Sequence record: SRR20825019_2850
Direction: 5' to 3' (one strand)
Length of the DNA stretch: 61,107 nucleotides
Below the pieces are notes generated by a model that was not told where the DNA came from, did not search any database, and was given only the letters and a program-made list of their open reading frames with translations. Below are positions 29,657 to 38,192 of this stretch, in pieces (within the stretch, counting starts at the first letter, position 1; each line of letters begins with the position of its first letter). The translations under genes were made by a program, and so were the position numbers.

Positions 29657-29670
29657 GACTGACACCACAA

Positions 29671-29697
29671 GCGGCGGGCCGATTTCGGCCCGCCGTT
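29671..29697 (+). terminator. Intercistronic stem-loop after pstS
   Basis: cggcgggccga-tt-tcggcccgccg; no U-tract, so more likely an mRNA-stabilising or attenuating hairpin. Confidence 0.55.
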
Positions 29698-29716
29698 CAT
29701 TCTCGATATCGGAGGA

Positions 29717-30652
29717 GTGACGGTGTCAAGCGTCATACCGACAGCCAGTGAGCTTCTGAAAAACGGCTTCGTCGCACGGCGGCGTCTCATCGTCAAAATA
29801 ACGACGATATCCTTGTTTTTGTGTGCAGCCCTCTCGATCTTCATTACCACGGCGATCGTCGTGATCCTCGTGCGTGACTCATGGACGTTCTTCGCAGAGA
29901 TACCGCTGACGGATTTCCTGTTCGGCACCATGTGGACACCGGTCTTCTCGAACCCGCAATTCGGTGTGCTGCCCCTGCTGGCAGCAACGCTGCAGACCGC
30001 CGGACTGGCCATGCTGATCGCGGTTCCATTTGGTCTCATCATGGCGATTTATCTCAGCGAGTATGCCAGACCGGCGGTGCGCGAGACGATCAAGCCCGCG
30101 CTGGAGATGCTCGAAGCGGTACCGACCGTGGTGTACGGGTATTTCGCGCTGCTCGTGATGACACCTTTCCTGCAGACGTTTGTCCCGGGCCTGAAGGGTA
30201 TCAACCTGCTGGTGCCCGGCATCATCCTCGGCATCATGATCCTGCCCTATGTTGTCTCGGTGTCGGAAGATGCCATGCGCGCCGTGCCTAACGGCCTGCG
30301 CGAGGGAGCTTACGCGCTCGGCATGGCGCGATGGCAGGTCGCCATACGGGTGGTCATTCCCGGAGCATTTTCGGGCATTACCGCAGCTTTCATTCTCGGC
30401 ATGTCGCGCGCCGTCGGCGAAACGATGGTGCTGGCCATCGCCGCGGGTCAAAACCCCAATCTCACATGGGATCCGCGCGAAGGCGCCGCCACCATCACCG
30501 CGTACATCGTGCAGATGAGCCTGGGCGACGTGGCCCACGGGTCACTGGCTTACACGACGATCTTCGCGGTCGGCCTGCTGCTCTTCCTGATTACCCTCAC
30601 ATTCAACGTCATCGGCTTCTACCTGCGCCGCAAATTCCGCGAGGCTTACTGA
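29717..30652 (+). CDS. pstC: Phosphate ABC permease
   Basis: AIYLSEYA, VPTVVYG, LREGAYALG, SRAVGETM. Confidence 0.93.
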   Translation: MTVSSVIPTASELLKNGFVARRRLIVKITTISLFLCAALSIFITTAIVVILVRDSWTFFAEIPLTDFLFGTMWTPVFSNPQFGVLPLLAATLQTAGLAMLIAVPFGLIMAIYLSEYARPAVRETIKPALEMLEAVPTVVYGYFALLVMTPFLQTFVPGLKGINLLVPGIILGIMILPYVVSVSEDAMRAVPNGLREGAYALGMARWQVAIRVVIPGAFSGITAAFILGMSRAVGETMVLAIAAGQNPNLTWDPREGAATITAYIVQMSLGDVAHGSLAYTTIFAVGLLLFLITLTFNVIGFYLRRKFREAY

Positions 30653-30653
30653 G

Positions 30654-31607
30654 ATGACTGTCACGACTGAAGGAAATCTCGGTACGCCGATCAGTAACGG
30701 CAAGGCCGCCTTCGATGCCGTACGTTCAGCAAAGCGTAAGGACATCATTTTTGCCGTTGGCGGCCTTGTCGTCATGGCCATCGCCATGACGTTGCTCCTC
30801 ACCCTGATCGGCGACCTTATGCTGCGCGGGCTGATGCGGATCGACTACGATTTCCTGACGAATTTCCCATCCCGCAGAGCCGCGCGAGCCGGCATCCTCT
30901 CCGCCTGGGTCGGCTCCCTTCTTGTCATGCTGGTGACGGCTTTGCTCGCCATTCCGATTGGCGTCGCCGCAGGTCTCTATCTTGAGGAATATGCGAAGAA
31001 GGGAAGGCTCGCGAACATCATCGAGATCAACGTGGCGAACCTTGCCGGCGTGCCCTCGATAATCTACGGCCTGCTCGCGCTCGGCCTTTTCGTCTATGGC
31101 ATGAATCTCGGCAAGACGGTCCTGGTCGCCGGAATGACACTCGCGCTGCTTATTCTGCCGATCATCATCGTCTCCACGCGGGAAGCGGTGCGGTCCATCC
31201 CCCGCATCATCAAGGAAGGTGCCTACGGTCTCGGCGCCGACCGGTGGCAGGTGATGTGGAGCTACATCATTCCAGCCGCCCGGCCCGGCATCCTGACCGG
31301 GGCCATCGTCGGCCTCAGCCGCGCCATCGGCGAGACGGCACCGATCATCACAATCGGTGCGCTGACTTTCATCGCCTTCCTGCCACCAGCGCCGGTATCG
31401 GCTGAATTCCCTTTCATTTCGTTCGAATGGCTGAGCGCGCCCTTCACCGTCCTGCCGATCCAGATGTTCAATTGGGTGTCGCGTCCCCAGGCCGACTTCC
31501 ACACGAACGCGGCGGCAACCGGTGTCGCGCTGATGACTCTCACCCTATCGCTTAACGGTGTTGCGATCTGGATACGCTACCGGCTTCGCAAAGCGCACAG
31601 GAACTGA
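30654..31607 (+). CDS. pstA: Phosphate ABC permease
   Basis: [21 protein letters not shown]. Confidence 0.93.
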   Translation: MTVTTEGNLGTPISNGKAAFDAVRSAKRKDIIFAVGGLVVMAIAMTLLLTLIGDLMLRGLMRIDYDFLTNFPSRRAARAGILSAWVGSLLVMLVTALLAIPIGVAAGLYLEEYAKKGRLANIIEINVANLAGVPSIIYGLLALGLFVYGMNLGKTVLVAGMTLALLILPIIIVSTREAVRSIPRIIKEGAYGLGADRWQVMWSYIIPAARPGILTGAIVGLSRAIGETAPIITIGALTFIAFLPPAPVSAEFPFISFEWLSAPFTVLPIQMFNWVSRPQADFHTNAAATGVALMTLTLSLNGVAIWIRYRLRKAHRN

Positions 31608-31623
31608 TCTCAAGGTGAACAAT

Positions 31624-32484
31624 ATGAATATTGGCGATGCCCAGGCTAACAGGGTTTCCGAAACTCCTGCTTCCGCCTCCACAGGAGATCTGCCCCCGAT
31701 CAAGCCCGCGGCCGAACAAGAAGCCCTGCGCGCCCGGATTGAAGGCTTCAACTTCTTTTATTCTGACGGTACGCAGGCGATAAAAGATGTGGATATGCCA
31801 ATCCTCGACCGGAAGGTGACAGCAATCATCGGGCCTTCCGGCTGCGGCAAGTCCACACTGCTTCGCAGCCTCAACCGGATGCACGATCTGTATCCGGGCA
31901 ACCGCTACGAGGGACGGATCATTCTTGAGCCCGAGGGCGAAAATCTGATCGGCCCCGATGCGGATGCGGTTATGGTCCGGCTGCGCATCGGCATGGTGTT
32001 TCAGAAGCCAAACCCTTTTCCGAAATCGATCTACGAGAACGTCGCTGCGGGATTGCGTGTGCGGGGCGTCAAGAACCGCACGGTGATCGATGAGGCCGTG
32101 GAAGGCGCGCTCAAGCGCGCCGCGGTCTGGGATGAAACCAAGGACAAGCTGCACGGCTCCGCCTATGACCTTTCGGGCGGACAACAGCAGCGTCTCTGCA
32201 TCGCTCGCGCCCTCGCCTCTAACCCCGAAATCCTGCTTCTTGACGAGCCGACATCTGCTCTCGACCCGATCGCAACGGCGAAGATCGAGGACCTCGTGCA
32301 AGAGCTTTCGGACAGCGTGACGATCGTGATCGTGACGCACAACATGCAACAGGCGGCGCGCATCTCATACCGCACGGCTTTCATGTATCTGGGCGAATTG
32401 ATCGAGTTTGGCGTGACGGATCAGGTCTTCAAGGCTCCGCAGCACCCGAGAACCGAGAACTACATAACAGGCCGCTACGGTTGA
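31624..32484 (+). CDS. pstB: Phosphate ABC ATPase
   Basis: [34 protein letters not shown]; start may be GTG 31615. Confidence 0.95.
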   Translation: MNIGDAQANRVSETPASASTGDLPPIKPAAEQEALRARIEGFNFFYSDGTQAIKDVDMPILDRKVTAIIGPSGCGKSTLLRSLNRMHDLYPGNRYEGRIILEPEGENLIGPDADAVMVRLRIGMVFQKPNPFPKSIYENVAAGLRVRGVKNRTVIDEAVEGALKRAAVWDETKDKLHGSAYDLSGGQQQRLCIARALASNPEILLLDEPTSALDPIATAKIEDLVQELSDSVTIVIVTHNMQQAARISYRTAFMYLGELIEFGVTDQVFKAPQHPRTENYITGRYG

Positions 32485-32532
32485 TCCCGTCTGCGGGGCT
32501 GTTTCGGGAACACCTATGTTGAGGGTTGGAAA

Positions 32533-33210
32533 ATGACTGAGAAACACACACTGCGTTCGTTCGATGAAGCCCTGGCGAACCTGTCGTCACAAGTTTGCGC
32601 GATGGGCCAGCAGGTGATCCAGATGGTGGACACTGCCGGCAGGGTTTTCCGCGAACGGGATGTTGCCGGCGCTAAAGATCTGGTTCGGGAAGACCTGCAG
32701 ATCGACCGGCAACATGATGCCATCAATGTCGATGTCGTAAATGTGCTGTCCCGTTTCCATCCCGTCGCGCGTGACCTGCGTGAGGTGCTGGCAATGGAAC
32801 ATATGGCGGCTAATTTCGAACGGGTCGCAGACCACGCAAAAAGTATCGCCAAACGCTCGATCGGCGGCTCGGCTCCACTGGAGTCTGAAGGAGGCGCGGA
32901 GCTCCTTAATCAGCTGCACGAAGCCGTTGTGCGCACCCTTCGCGACGTGGTGCACGCACTGGAGCATCGCGATGTTCCGCTTGCGGATAAGGTACGCCGC
33001 AACGATGGGCAGATGGACCGGATCTATGACGACCTGTTCCATATGATTCTTGCCGATCTCCAGGTTTCGCAAGGAACGGCGGTCAACGAGGTTCAGGCGC
33101 TGTTTGTCGGCAAGAGCCTGGAGCGTATCGGCGATCACGCGACCAACATCGCCGAGGAAATCAGGTTTATGGCCAAAGGAGATCAGCCATCGGCGACCCG
33201 AGATGTCTGA
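32533..33210 (+). CDS. phoU: Phosphate signalling protein
   Basis: PVARDLR, ERVADHA, LERIGDHATNIAE. Confidence 0.92.
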   Translation: MTEKHTLRSFDEALANLSSQVCAMGQQVIQMVDTAGRVFRERDVAGAKDLVREDLQIDRQHDAINVDVVNVLSRFHPVARDLREVLAMEHMAANFERVADHAKSIAKRSIGGSAPLESEGGAELLNQLHEAVVRTLRDVVHALEHRDVPLADKVRRNDGQMDRIYDDLFHMILADLQVSQGTAVNEVQALFVGKSLERIGDHATNIAEEIRFMAKGDQPSATRDV

Positions 33211-33583
33211 GATGTCTCGGCGGGAAACGGCTCACGACTATCTCCATCCGTCCGCTTTCGATGAGTTCGGTGGGCCAAGATATTTGAGGTTCGACGACCT
33301 GCTCATCGACCTCCCGGCGTACCGCGTCAGTCTGGCTGGGCGAGTGATTGATCTGGGCCCCATGGAGTACAAATTGCTGTGCTTCTTGCTTCGACACCCG
33401 TCAAAGGCGTTTACCCGCGAGCAACTGATCGACAACGTTTGGCCCGTCGGCACAATGATTGACGAGCGAACAGTGGATGTTCACATCGCCCGCATACGCA
33501 GGGCCTTGACCCGGCACGGGCATGCCGCCCCGATCCGAACCGTCAGGTCAGTCGGGTATGGGCTGGGACGCAGTCGGCAGTAA
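33203..33583 (+). CDS. phoB: PhoB-type winged-helix DNA-binding protein lacking a receiver domain
   Basis: LGPMEYKLL, FTREQLIDNVW, RTVDVHIARIRRAL, IRTVRSVGY; only about 125 aa between phoU and the stop. Confidence 0.75.
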   Translation: MSEMSRRETAHDYLHPSAFDEFGGPRYLRFDDLLIDLPAYRVSLAGRVIDLGPMEYKLLCFLLRHPSKAFTREQLIDNVWPVGTMIDERTVDVHIARIRRALTRHGHAAPIRTVRSVGYGLGRSRQ

Positions 33584-33826
33584 CGTATAAAACCCGCCCC
33601 GTTAGCGGGCCGTAGCATTTTATCGTCTGACCTCATCAGCATAAGGCTCGATGAAGCCTGGCCCAATCTTGAAATCCCTGAATGGATTTCCCGTCGTCCG
33701 GCAAATATCACAACCATCCGTGCCCATACCGGGTTGCAACGGTGCCGATAGAACGTTTCGATCGCCGCTCGCTGGCGCTATGATCTCGGGAATGCTCGAC
33801 GCAAGATCGGGCTCTGGAGGGATCGC

Positions 33827-34732
33827 ATGCTGAAGAAGGAGCCGGTGGCCGGGCTGCGGCTCGCGCATTGGATGATGAATCGCCGCTCCATGGTTTCCGG
33901 CGCGGTTGCCGGACTTGCGCTGGCGGGCATGCCAAACGCTCTCCACGCTGCAGGTGAAGAAATCCGTTTCGGGCTCACGCCTGTGATGCTGACCTCGGAC
34001 CTTGATCTGCTGTCAACTTTGCGTCTCTATCTGGAGAAAGCCACGGGGCGCAACATTCGGCTCGTGACGAAACGAACCTATCAGGAAATCACCGCCCTCC
34101 TTGTCACCGGCCAACTCGATGCGGCCTGGATCTGCGGCTATCCCTTCATTCGCTATGCGGACCGGTTGTCTCTCGTTGCCGTTCCCGTTTGGCAGAAGCA
34201 ACCTCTCTACCGCTCATATGTTATCGTCGGACAAGACCGGGAGATCGGTGAAGCATCCGAACTTGCCGGTGACATCCACGCATTCTCCGACCCGGACAGC
34301 AATTCCGGCTTCCTCGTCACTGAGGCTCTGATCGCCGCCCTCGGCCATGATCCGCGAACCTTCTTTGACCGCACCTTCTTTACATACGGCCACCGCAACG
34401 TCGTTCGCGCTGTGGCTAGCGGACTGGCGCAGAGTGGAAGCGTCGATGGCTATGTCTGGGAAGTCCTTTCGCAAGTCGATCCCGCCATGACGTCACGCAC
34501 ACGTGTGCTGTGGCAATCAGAGCTGTTGGGCTTTCCGCCGATCGCAACAGCACGGGCTGCAATACATCTGCCCCATATGGAAGCATTGCAGAGTGCCTTC
34601 CTCAAAATGGCGGACGATCCGACCGGTCGGGATGTGCTTCACGCTCTTCGCCTCGACGGTTTTACACAAGGCTCTCCGTCTCTGTTCGACGGCATAGCCC
34701 AGAAATACGCATCGGTAAGGGACTTCGTATGA
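33827..34732 (+). CDS. aioX: Periplasmic arsenite-binding protein
   Basis: PhnD-like fold, AWICGYP with conserved Cys, DPDSNSG; upstream of aioSR; GGAGG RBS. Confidence 0.9.
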   Translation: MLKKEPVAGLRLAHWMMNRRSMVSGAVAGLALAGMPNALHAAGEEIRFGLTPVMLTSDLDLLSTLRLYLEKATGRNIRLVTKRTYQEITALLVTGQLDAAWICGYPFIRYADRLSLVAVPVWQKQPLYRSYVIVGQDREIGEASELAGDIHAFSDPDSNSGFLVTEALIAALGHDPRTFFDRTFFTYGHRNVVRAVASGLAQSGSVDGYVWEVLSQVDPAMTSRTRVLWQSELLGFPPIATARAAIHLPHMEALQSAFLKMADDPTGRDVLHALRLDGFTQGSPSLFDGIAQKYASVRDFV

Positions 34733-36180
34733 AGATATCTGCTCCGGTCTCTCGGCATATTCCTCTTACCGTACGGGTACCCGCACTTGTGGCAGGTTTG
34801 ATGATCATCGTCAGCGCGGTGGTAACGCAGCAGGTGCTGTCGCGGCTGGCCTATACCCAGCGGTCCAATCTCGAAGCCTTGGCCGGAGCATATCTGGATG
34901 GCCTATCAACGGCCGTCACCGTCCCGGTTCTTCGCGACGACATATGGGAAGTGTTCGATCAGCTCGACCGGGCGCGTGATAAATACAGCGGCGTTCGCCC
35001 GGTCATTACCGTCGTGACCACGATCGACGATCACGTTGTCGCGGCGTCCGAGCCAAAGCGCTTTCCCACGCAAGCGCCGTTCCCGCCCCATCTGCTGACG
35101 CTAATGCCCAAGGGCAATGGCGTGACCGTCGACAATGCCCGCGAACGCGCGTTCGTTTCCCGGCTGCTTGACTATCAGGGGAAGACGATCGGGCGCATCT
35201 ATGCCGAGCTCGACATTGCCCATCTGCTGGTCGAACGGCGCGAGGTCTTCATCACGCTGGCATCGACCAACGCCCTGCTCACACTTTTCCTTGCCGGACT
35301 GGGATATCTGGCGATCCGGGGGATGGTCCGGCCGATCGAAGTCCTGACGGAGCGCTTCGGACAAGGATCCGCCGGCACGATGATTCCGATCCCCCTTCAA
35401 CTCATCGGGAGTCCTCCCGGAGCCTTTGACCGGCTTTACAGCAAATACAATGAGATGGTGAGGGCCCTGAACGAGCGTGAAGCCCTCTCTCAGCGTCTGG
35501 CCGAAGAAGAGAAATTGGCCAGCCTCGGCCGGCTCGCATCGGGTCTTGCGCACGAAATCAACAATCCGTTGGGGGGCCTGCTTAACACGGTGGATACCCT
35601 GGATCGTCACGGGGGCGACCCGGACGTGCGCAAAAACGGGATCGATCTGCTCAAGCGTGGCCTCAAGGGGATGAGAGATGTCGTTCGCTCCTCCCTCGTC
35701 ACCTACAAGTCACAGGACGATCAGTCGCCGCTCGCGCCACAGGATATCGATGACCTCAGACATCTGATCGGCCATGAAGTGCGGAGGCGGTCACTCAATC
35801 TCGACTGGAGGAACACGCTACATGGCCCTGTCGGTGTGTCAGCAGGTCTTGTGCGGCAGGCCCTTCTCAACCTGCTCCTGAATGCATGTGCCGCCAGTCC
35901 CGTCGGTGGCCAACTGCGTCTCAAGGTCAGCCATCAAAACTCCGAGTTGACGATTGAAATCGATGATCAGGGCTCGGGGATAGGCCCGGAATTCGAAGCA
36001 ATACTGGAGGCCACCGCTCCCCCGGTGGCGCCGCATGGCACTGGATTGGGATTGTGGGTTGTTCGACGCCTGATCGACAACCTTGGTGGACATGCTGAAG
36101 TGGACAGTGACGATACAGGAACCCGGATCAGGCTTCGGCTCCCCACAACAGGGATTGAAGAGGCCAAAAATGTCGCATGA
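34729..36180 (+). CDS. aioS: Arsenite-sensing histidine kinase
   Basis: LAHEINNPLGG, NLLLNA, DQGSG, GTGLGL; ATGA overlap with aioX. Confidence 0.9.
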   Translation: MKISAPVSRHIPLTVRVPALVAGLMIIVSAVVTQQVLSRLAYTQRSNLEALAGAYLDGLSTAVTVPVLRDDIWEVFDQLDRARDKYSGVRPVITVVTTIDDHVVAASEPKRFPTQAPFPPHLLTLMPKGNGVTVDNARERAFVSRLLDYQGKTIGRIYAELDIAHLLVERREVFITLASTNALLTLFLAGLGYLAIRGMVRPIEVLTERFGQGSAGTMIPIPLQLIGSPPGAFDRLYSKYNEMVRALNEREALSQRLAEEEKLASLGRLASGLAHEINNPLGGLLNTVDTLDRHGGDPDVRKNGIDLLKRGLKGMRDVVRSSLVTYKSQDDQSPLAPQDIDDLRHLIGHEVRRRSLNLDWRNTLHGPVGVSAGLVRQALLNLLLNACAASPVGGQLRLKVSHQNSELTIEIDDQGSGIGPEFEAILEATAPPVAPHGTGLGLWVVRRLIDNLGGHAEVDSDDTGTRIRLRLPTTGIEEAKNVA

Positions 36181-37492
36181 GGCACGAAAGATCGAGTTGA
36201 TCGAGGATGATCCCGTAATGGGAGAATCTCTCGTTCAACGCCTCCGGTTGGAAGGATTTGACGTTTCCTGGACGCAGACGGGAAAGCAGGCGATTGAGCG
36301 CCTCGAACAGAGCACGGCCGATGCAGTCATCTGCGACATGCAGCTGCCGGACATGAGTGGAGAGGACGTATTCCGCTCTTCATGCGGGGTAACCCCCGCA
36401 CCGTTTCTGTTCATCACCGCCTTTGGCGAGATCGATCAGGCCGTGCGGCTCATGCGCATGGGTGCCGTGGATTACGTGACCAAGCCATTCGAGCTGCCGG
36501 AATTTCTGGAACGCTTGCGTAGTCTGGTGCAACCGGCTCTCTCCGGTGATGTGCCATCTGGAACACTCGGGCCTTCGCAGAGCACCCGGAAGCTCGAAGG
36601 ACTGTTGCAGAGGATCGGTCCACTCTCCAGCTCCGTCCTTCTGACCGGCGAAACCGGTTCCGGCAAAGAGGTTTGCGCTCGCTTTCTGCACACGGCCTCT
36701 CAGCGCGCGGACCGCCCGTTCATGGCCGTGAACTGCTCCGCCATTCCAACGGAGCTCATGGAAAGTGAGTTGTTCGGACACGAGCGCGGCGCCTTCACCT
36801 CAGCCAATGCCAGACATCTTGGCGTTGCCGAACGCGCGCGCGATGGGGTTTTGTTCCTTGATGAGATCGGCGCCATGCCGGTCACTCTGCAGGCAAAACT
36901 GCTGCGTCTGATCGAAGACCGGCACTTCTATCGTCTCGGTGGCGAGAAGCCGGTCAAGTTCGAAGCACGCCTGATTTGCGCGACCAATGAAGACCTTGAG
37001 CGGGCCATAAGCGAAGGCCGTTTCCGCGAGGATTTGTTCTATCGCATCAACGTCGTGCCGGTACGTGTCCCGCCGCTGCGCGAGCGCCCGGATGACATCG
37101 CGTGGCTGCTCGAACGGTTTGTCGCCGAATTCTCCGCCCTGCACGGCCGCGAGCATCTCGGGTTCAGCTCCCTCGCAGAGGAAGCGGCCCTGGTCCATGA
37201 CTGGCCCGGCAATGTCCGTGAGTTGCGCAACCGCGTTGAACGGGCGGTTGCCTTATGCCTCGGCGACCGCGTGGGTCCAGCCGATCTCTTCCCCGAGGAA
37301 ATGACGACGGACACTCCGGCGGACGGCTTTGCGCCACTTGCGGCAGTACGTGAGGCTGCGGAACGGCGCCAGATCGCGCGCGCTCTGGGAGAAACCGGTG
37401 GTCAGGTCGGGCAAGCTGCCGCGTTGCTCGGTGTCTCCCGCACCACACTTTGGGAAAAGATGCATCGCTACGGTTTTTCCGAACAACAATAG
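36170..37492 (+). CDS. aioR: Sigma54-dependent response regulator
   Basis: Receiver domain, GETGSGKE, ESELFGHERGAFTSA, WPGNVREL, Fis-type HTH. Confidence 0.92.
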   Translation: MSHEARKIELIEDDPVMGESLVQRLRLEGFDVSWTQTGKQAIERLEQSTADAVICDMQLPDMSGEDVFRSSCGVTPAPFLFITAFGEIDQAVRLMRMGAVDYVTKPFELPEFLERLRSLVQPALSGDVPSGTLGPSQSTRKLEGLLQRIGPLSSSVLLTGETGSGKEVCARFLHTASQRADRPFMAVNCSAIPTELMESELFGHERGAFTSANARHLGVAERARDGVLFLDEIGAMPVTLQAKLLRLIEDRHFYRLGGEKPVKFEARLICATNEDLERAISEGRFREDLFYRINVVPVRVPPLRERPDDIAWLLERFVAEFSALHGREHLGFSSLAEEAALVHDWPGNVRELRNRVERAVALCLGDRVGPADLFPEEMTTDTPADGFAPLAAVREAAERRQIARALGETGGQVGQAAALLGVSRTTLWEKMHRYGFSEQQ

Positions 37493-37495
37493 GAC

Positions 37496-37542
37496 GTTCG
37501 GATTTTCGAACATCTGTCATTAAACCGTTCGAAAACCCAAAC
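37496..37542. promoter_or_regulatory. Two putative AioR upstream activator sites
   Basis: gttcggattttcgaac (37496-37511) and gttcgaaaacccaaac (37527-37542), GTYCG-N6-CGRAC-like. Confidence 0.7.
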
Positions 37543-37562
37543 ACTCGCGGCATCCTGCGGCC

Positions 37563-37575
37563 CATCAACAATTTG
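37563..37575 (+). promoter_or_regulatory. Putative IHF site
   Basis: cATCAAcaatTTG versus consensus WATCAANNNNTTR, between the activator sites and the sigma54 promoter. Confidence 0.5.
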
Positions 37576-37606
37576 ATATATAATAATATTTTACCCCTCT
37601 CCGAAC

Positions 37607-37622
37607 TGGCAGGCCCTTTGCT
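37607..37622 (+). promoter_or_regulatory. Sigma54 (-24/-12) promoter of aioBA
   Basis: TGGCAggccctTTGCT with GG-N10-GC spacing. Confidence 0.85.
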
Positions 37623-37657
37623 TAGTTCTGGGCATAAAGCCCAAAGGGAGGGATCAA

Positions 37658-38179
37658 ATGAAACGTTGCGACAAACTGGTCGATGTTGGCAGACGGCAAT
37701 TCCTGCGCGGTGGCGCGATGGCAACCGTCGGTGCCGCTGCATCCACTGTAATGACCACGCCGGCAAAGGCCGCACCGGGAATGGCCCGGGTTGAGTACCC
37801 ATCCAACAGACTGGCCAACATCTCTGAGCTGACATTGAACGAACCGCTCGATGTCGCCTACCCGGATGACGAGGCAACAGGTGTTCTCATCAAGCTCGGC
37901 CAACCGGTCGAAGGCGGTGTCGGACCGGATGGCGACATCGTCGGCTTCTCCACCACCTGCCCTCACAAAGGGTATCCGCTCAGCTACCGCGGCGATGACC
38001 GCACCCTGAACTGCCCCGGCCACTATTCGCGCTTCGACGTCGAGCGTGGCGGCCAGCAGATCTGGGGACAGGCTACCCAGAACCTTCCGCAATACGCGCT
38101 GAGGATCGAGGAGAACGGCGACATCTATGCCGAAGGTGTCGACGAGTTGCTCTACGGCCGCCTGTCCAACGTGATCTGA
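37658..38179 (+). CDS. aioB: Arsenite oxidase small (Rieske) subunit
   Basis: Tat signal GRRQFL, CPHKG...CPGHYS, GQATQNLPQ. Confidence 0.97.
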   Translation: MKRCDKLVDVGRRQFLRGGAMATVGAAASTVMTTPAKAAPGMARVEYPSNRLANISELTLNEPLDVAYPDDEATGVLIKLGQPVEGGVGPDGDIVGFSTTCPHKGYPLSYRGDDRTLNCPGHYSRFDVERGGQQIWGQATQNLPQYALRIEENGDIYAEGVDELLYGRLSNVI

Positions 38180-38192
38180 GGGAGGATCGACC

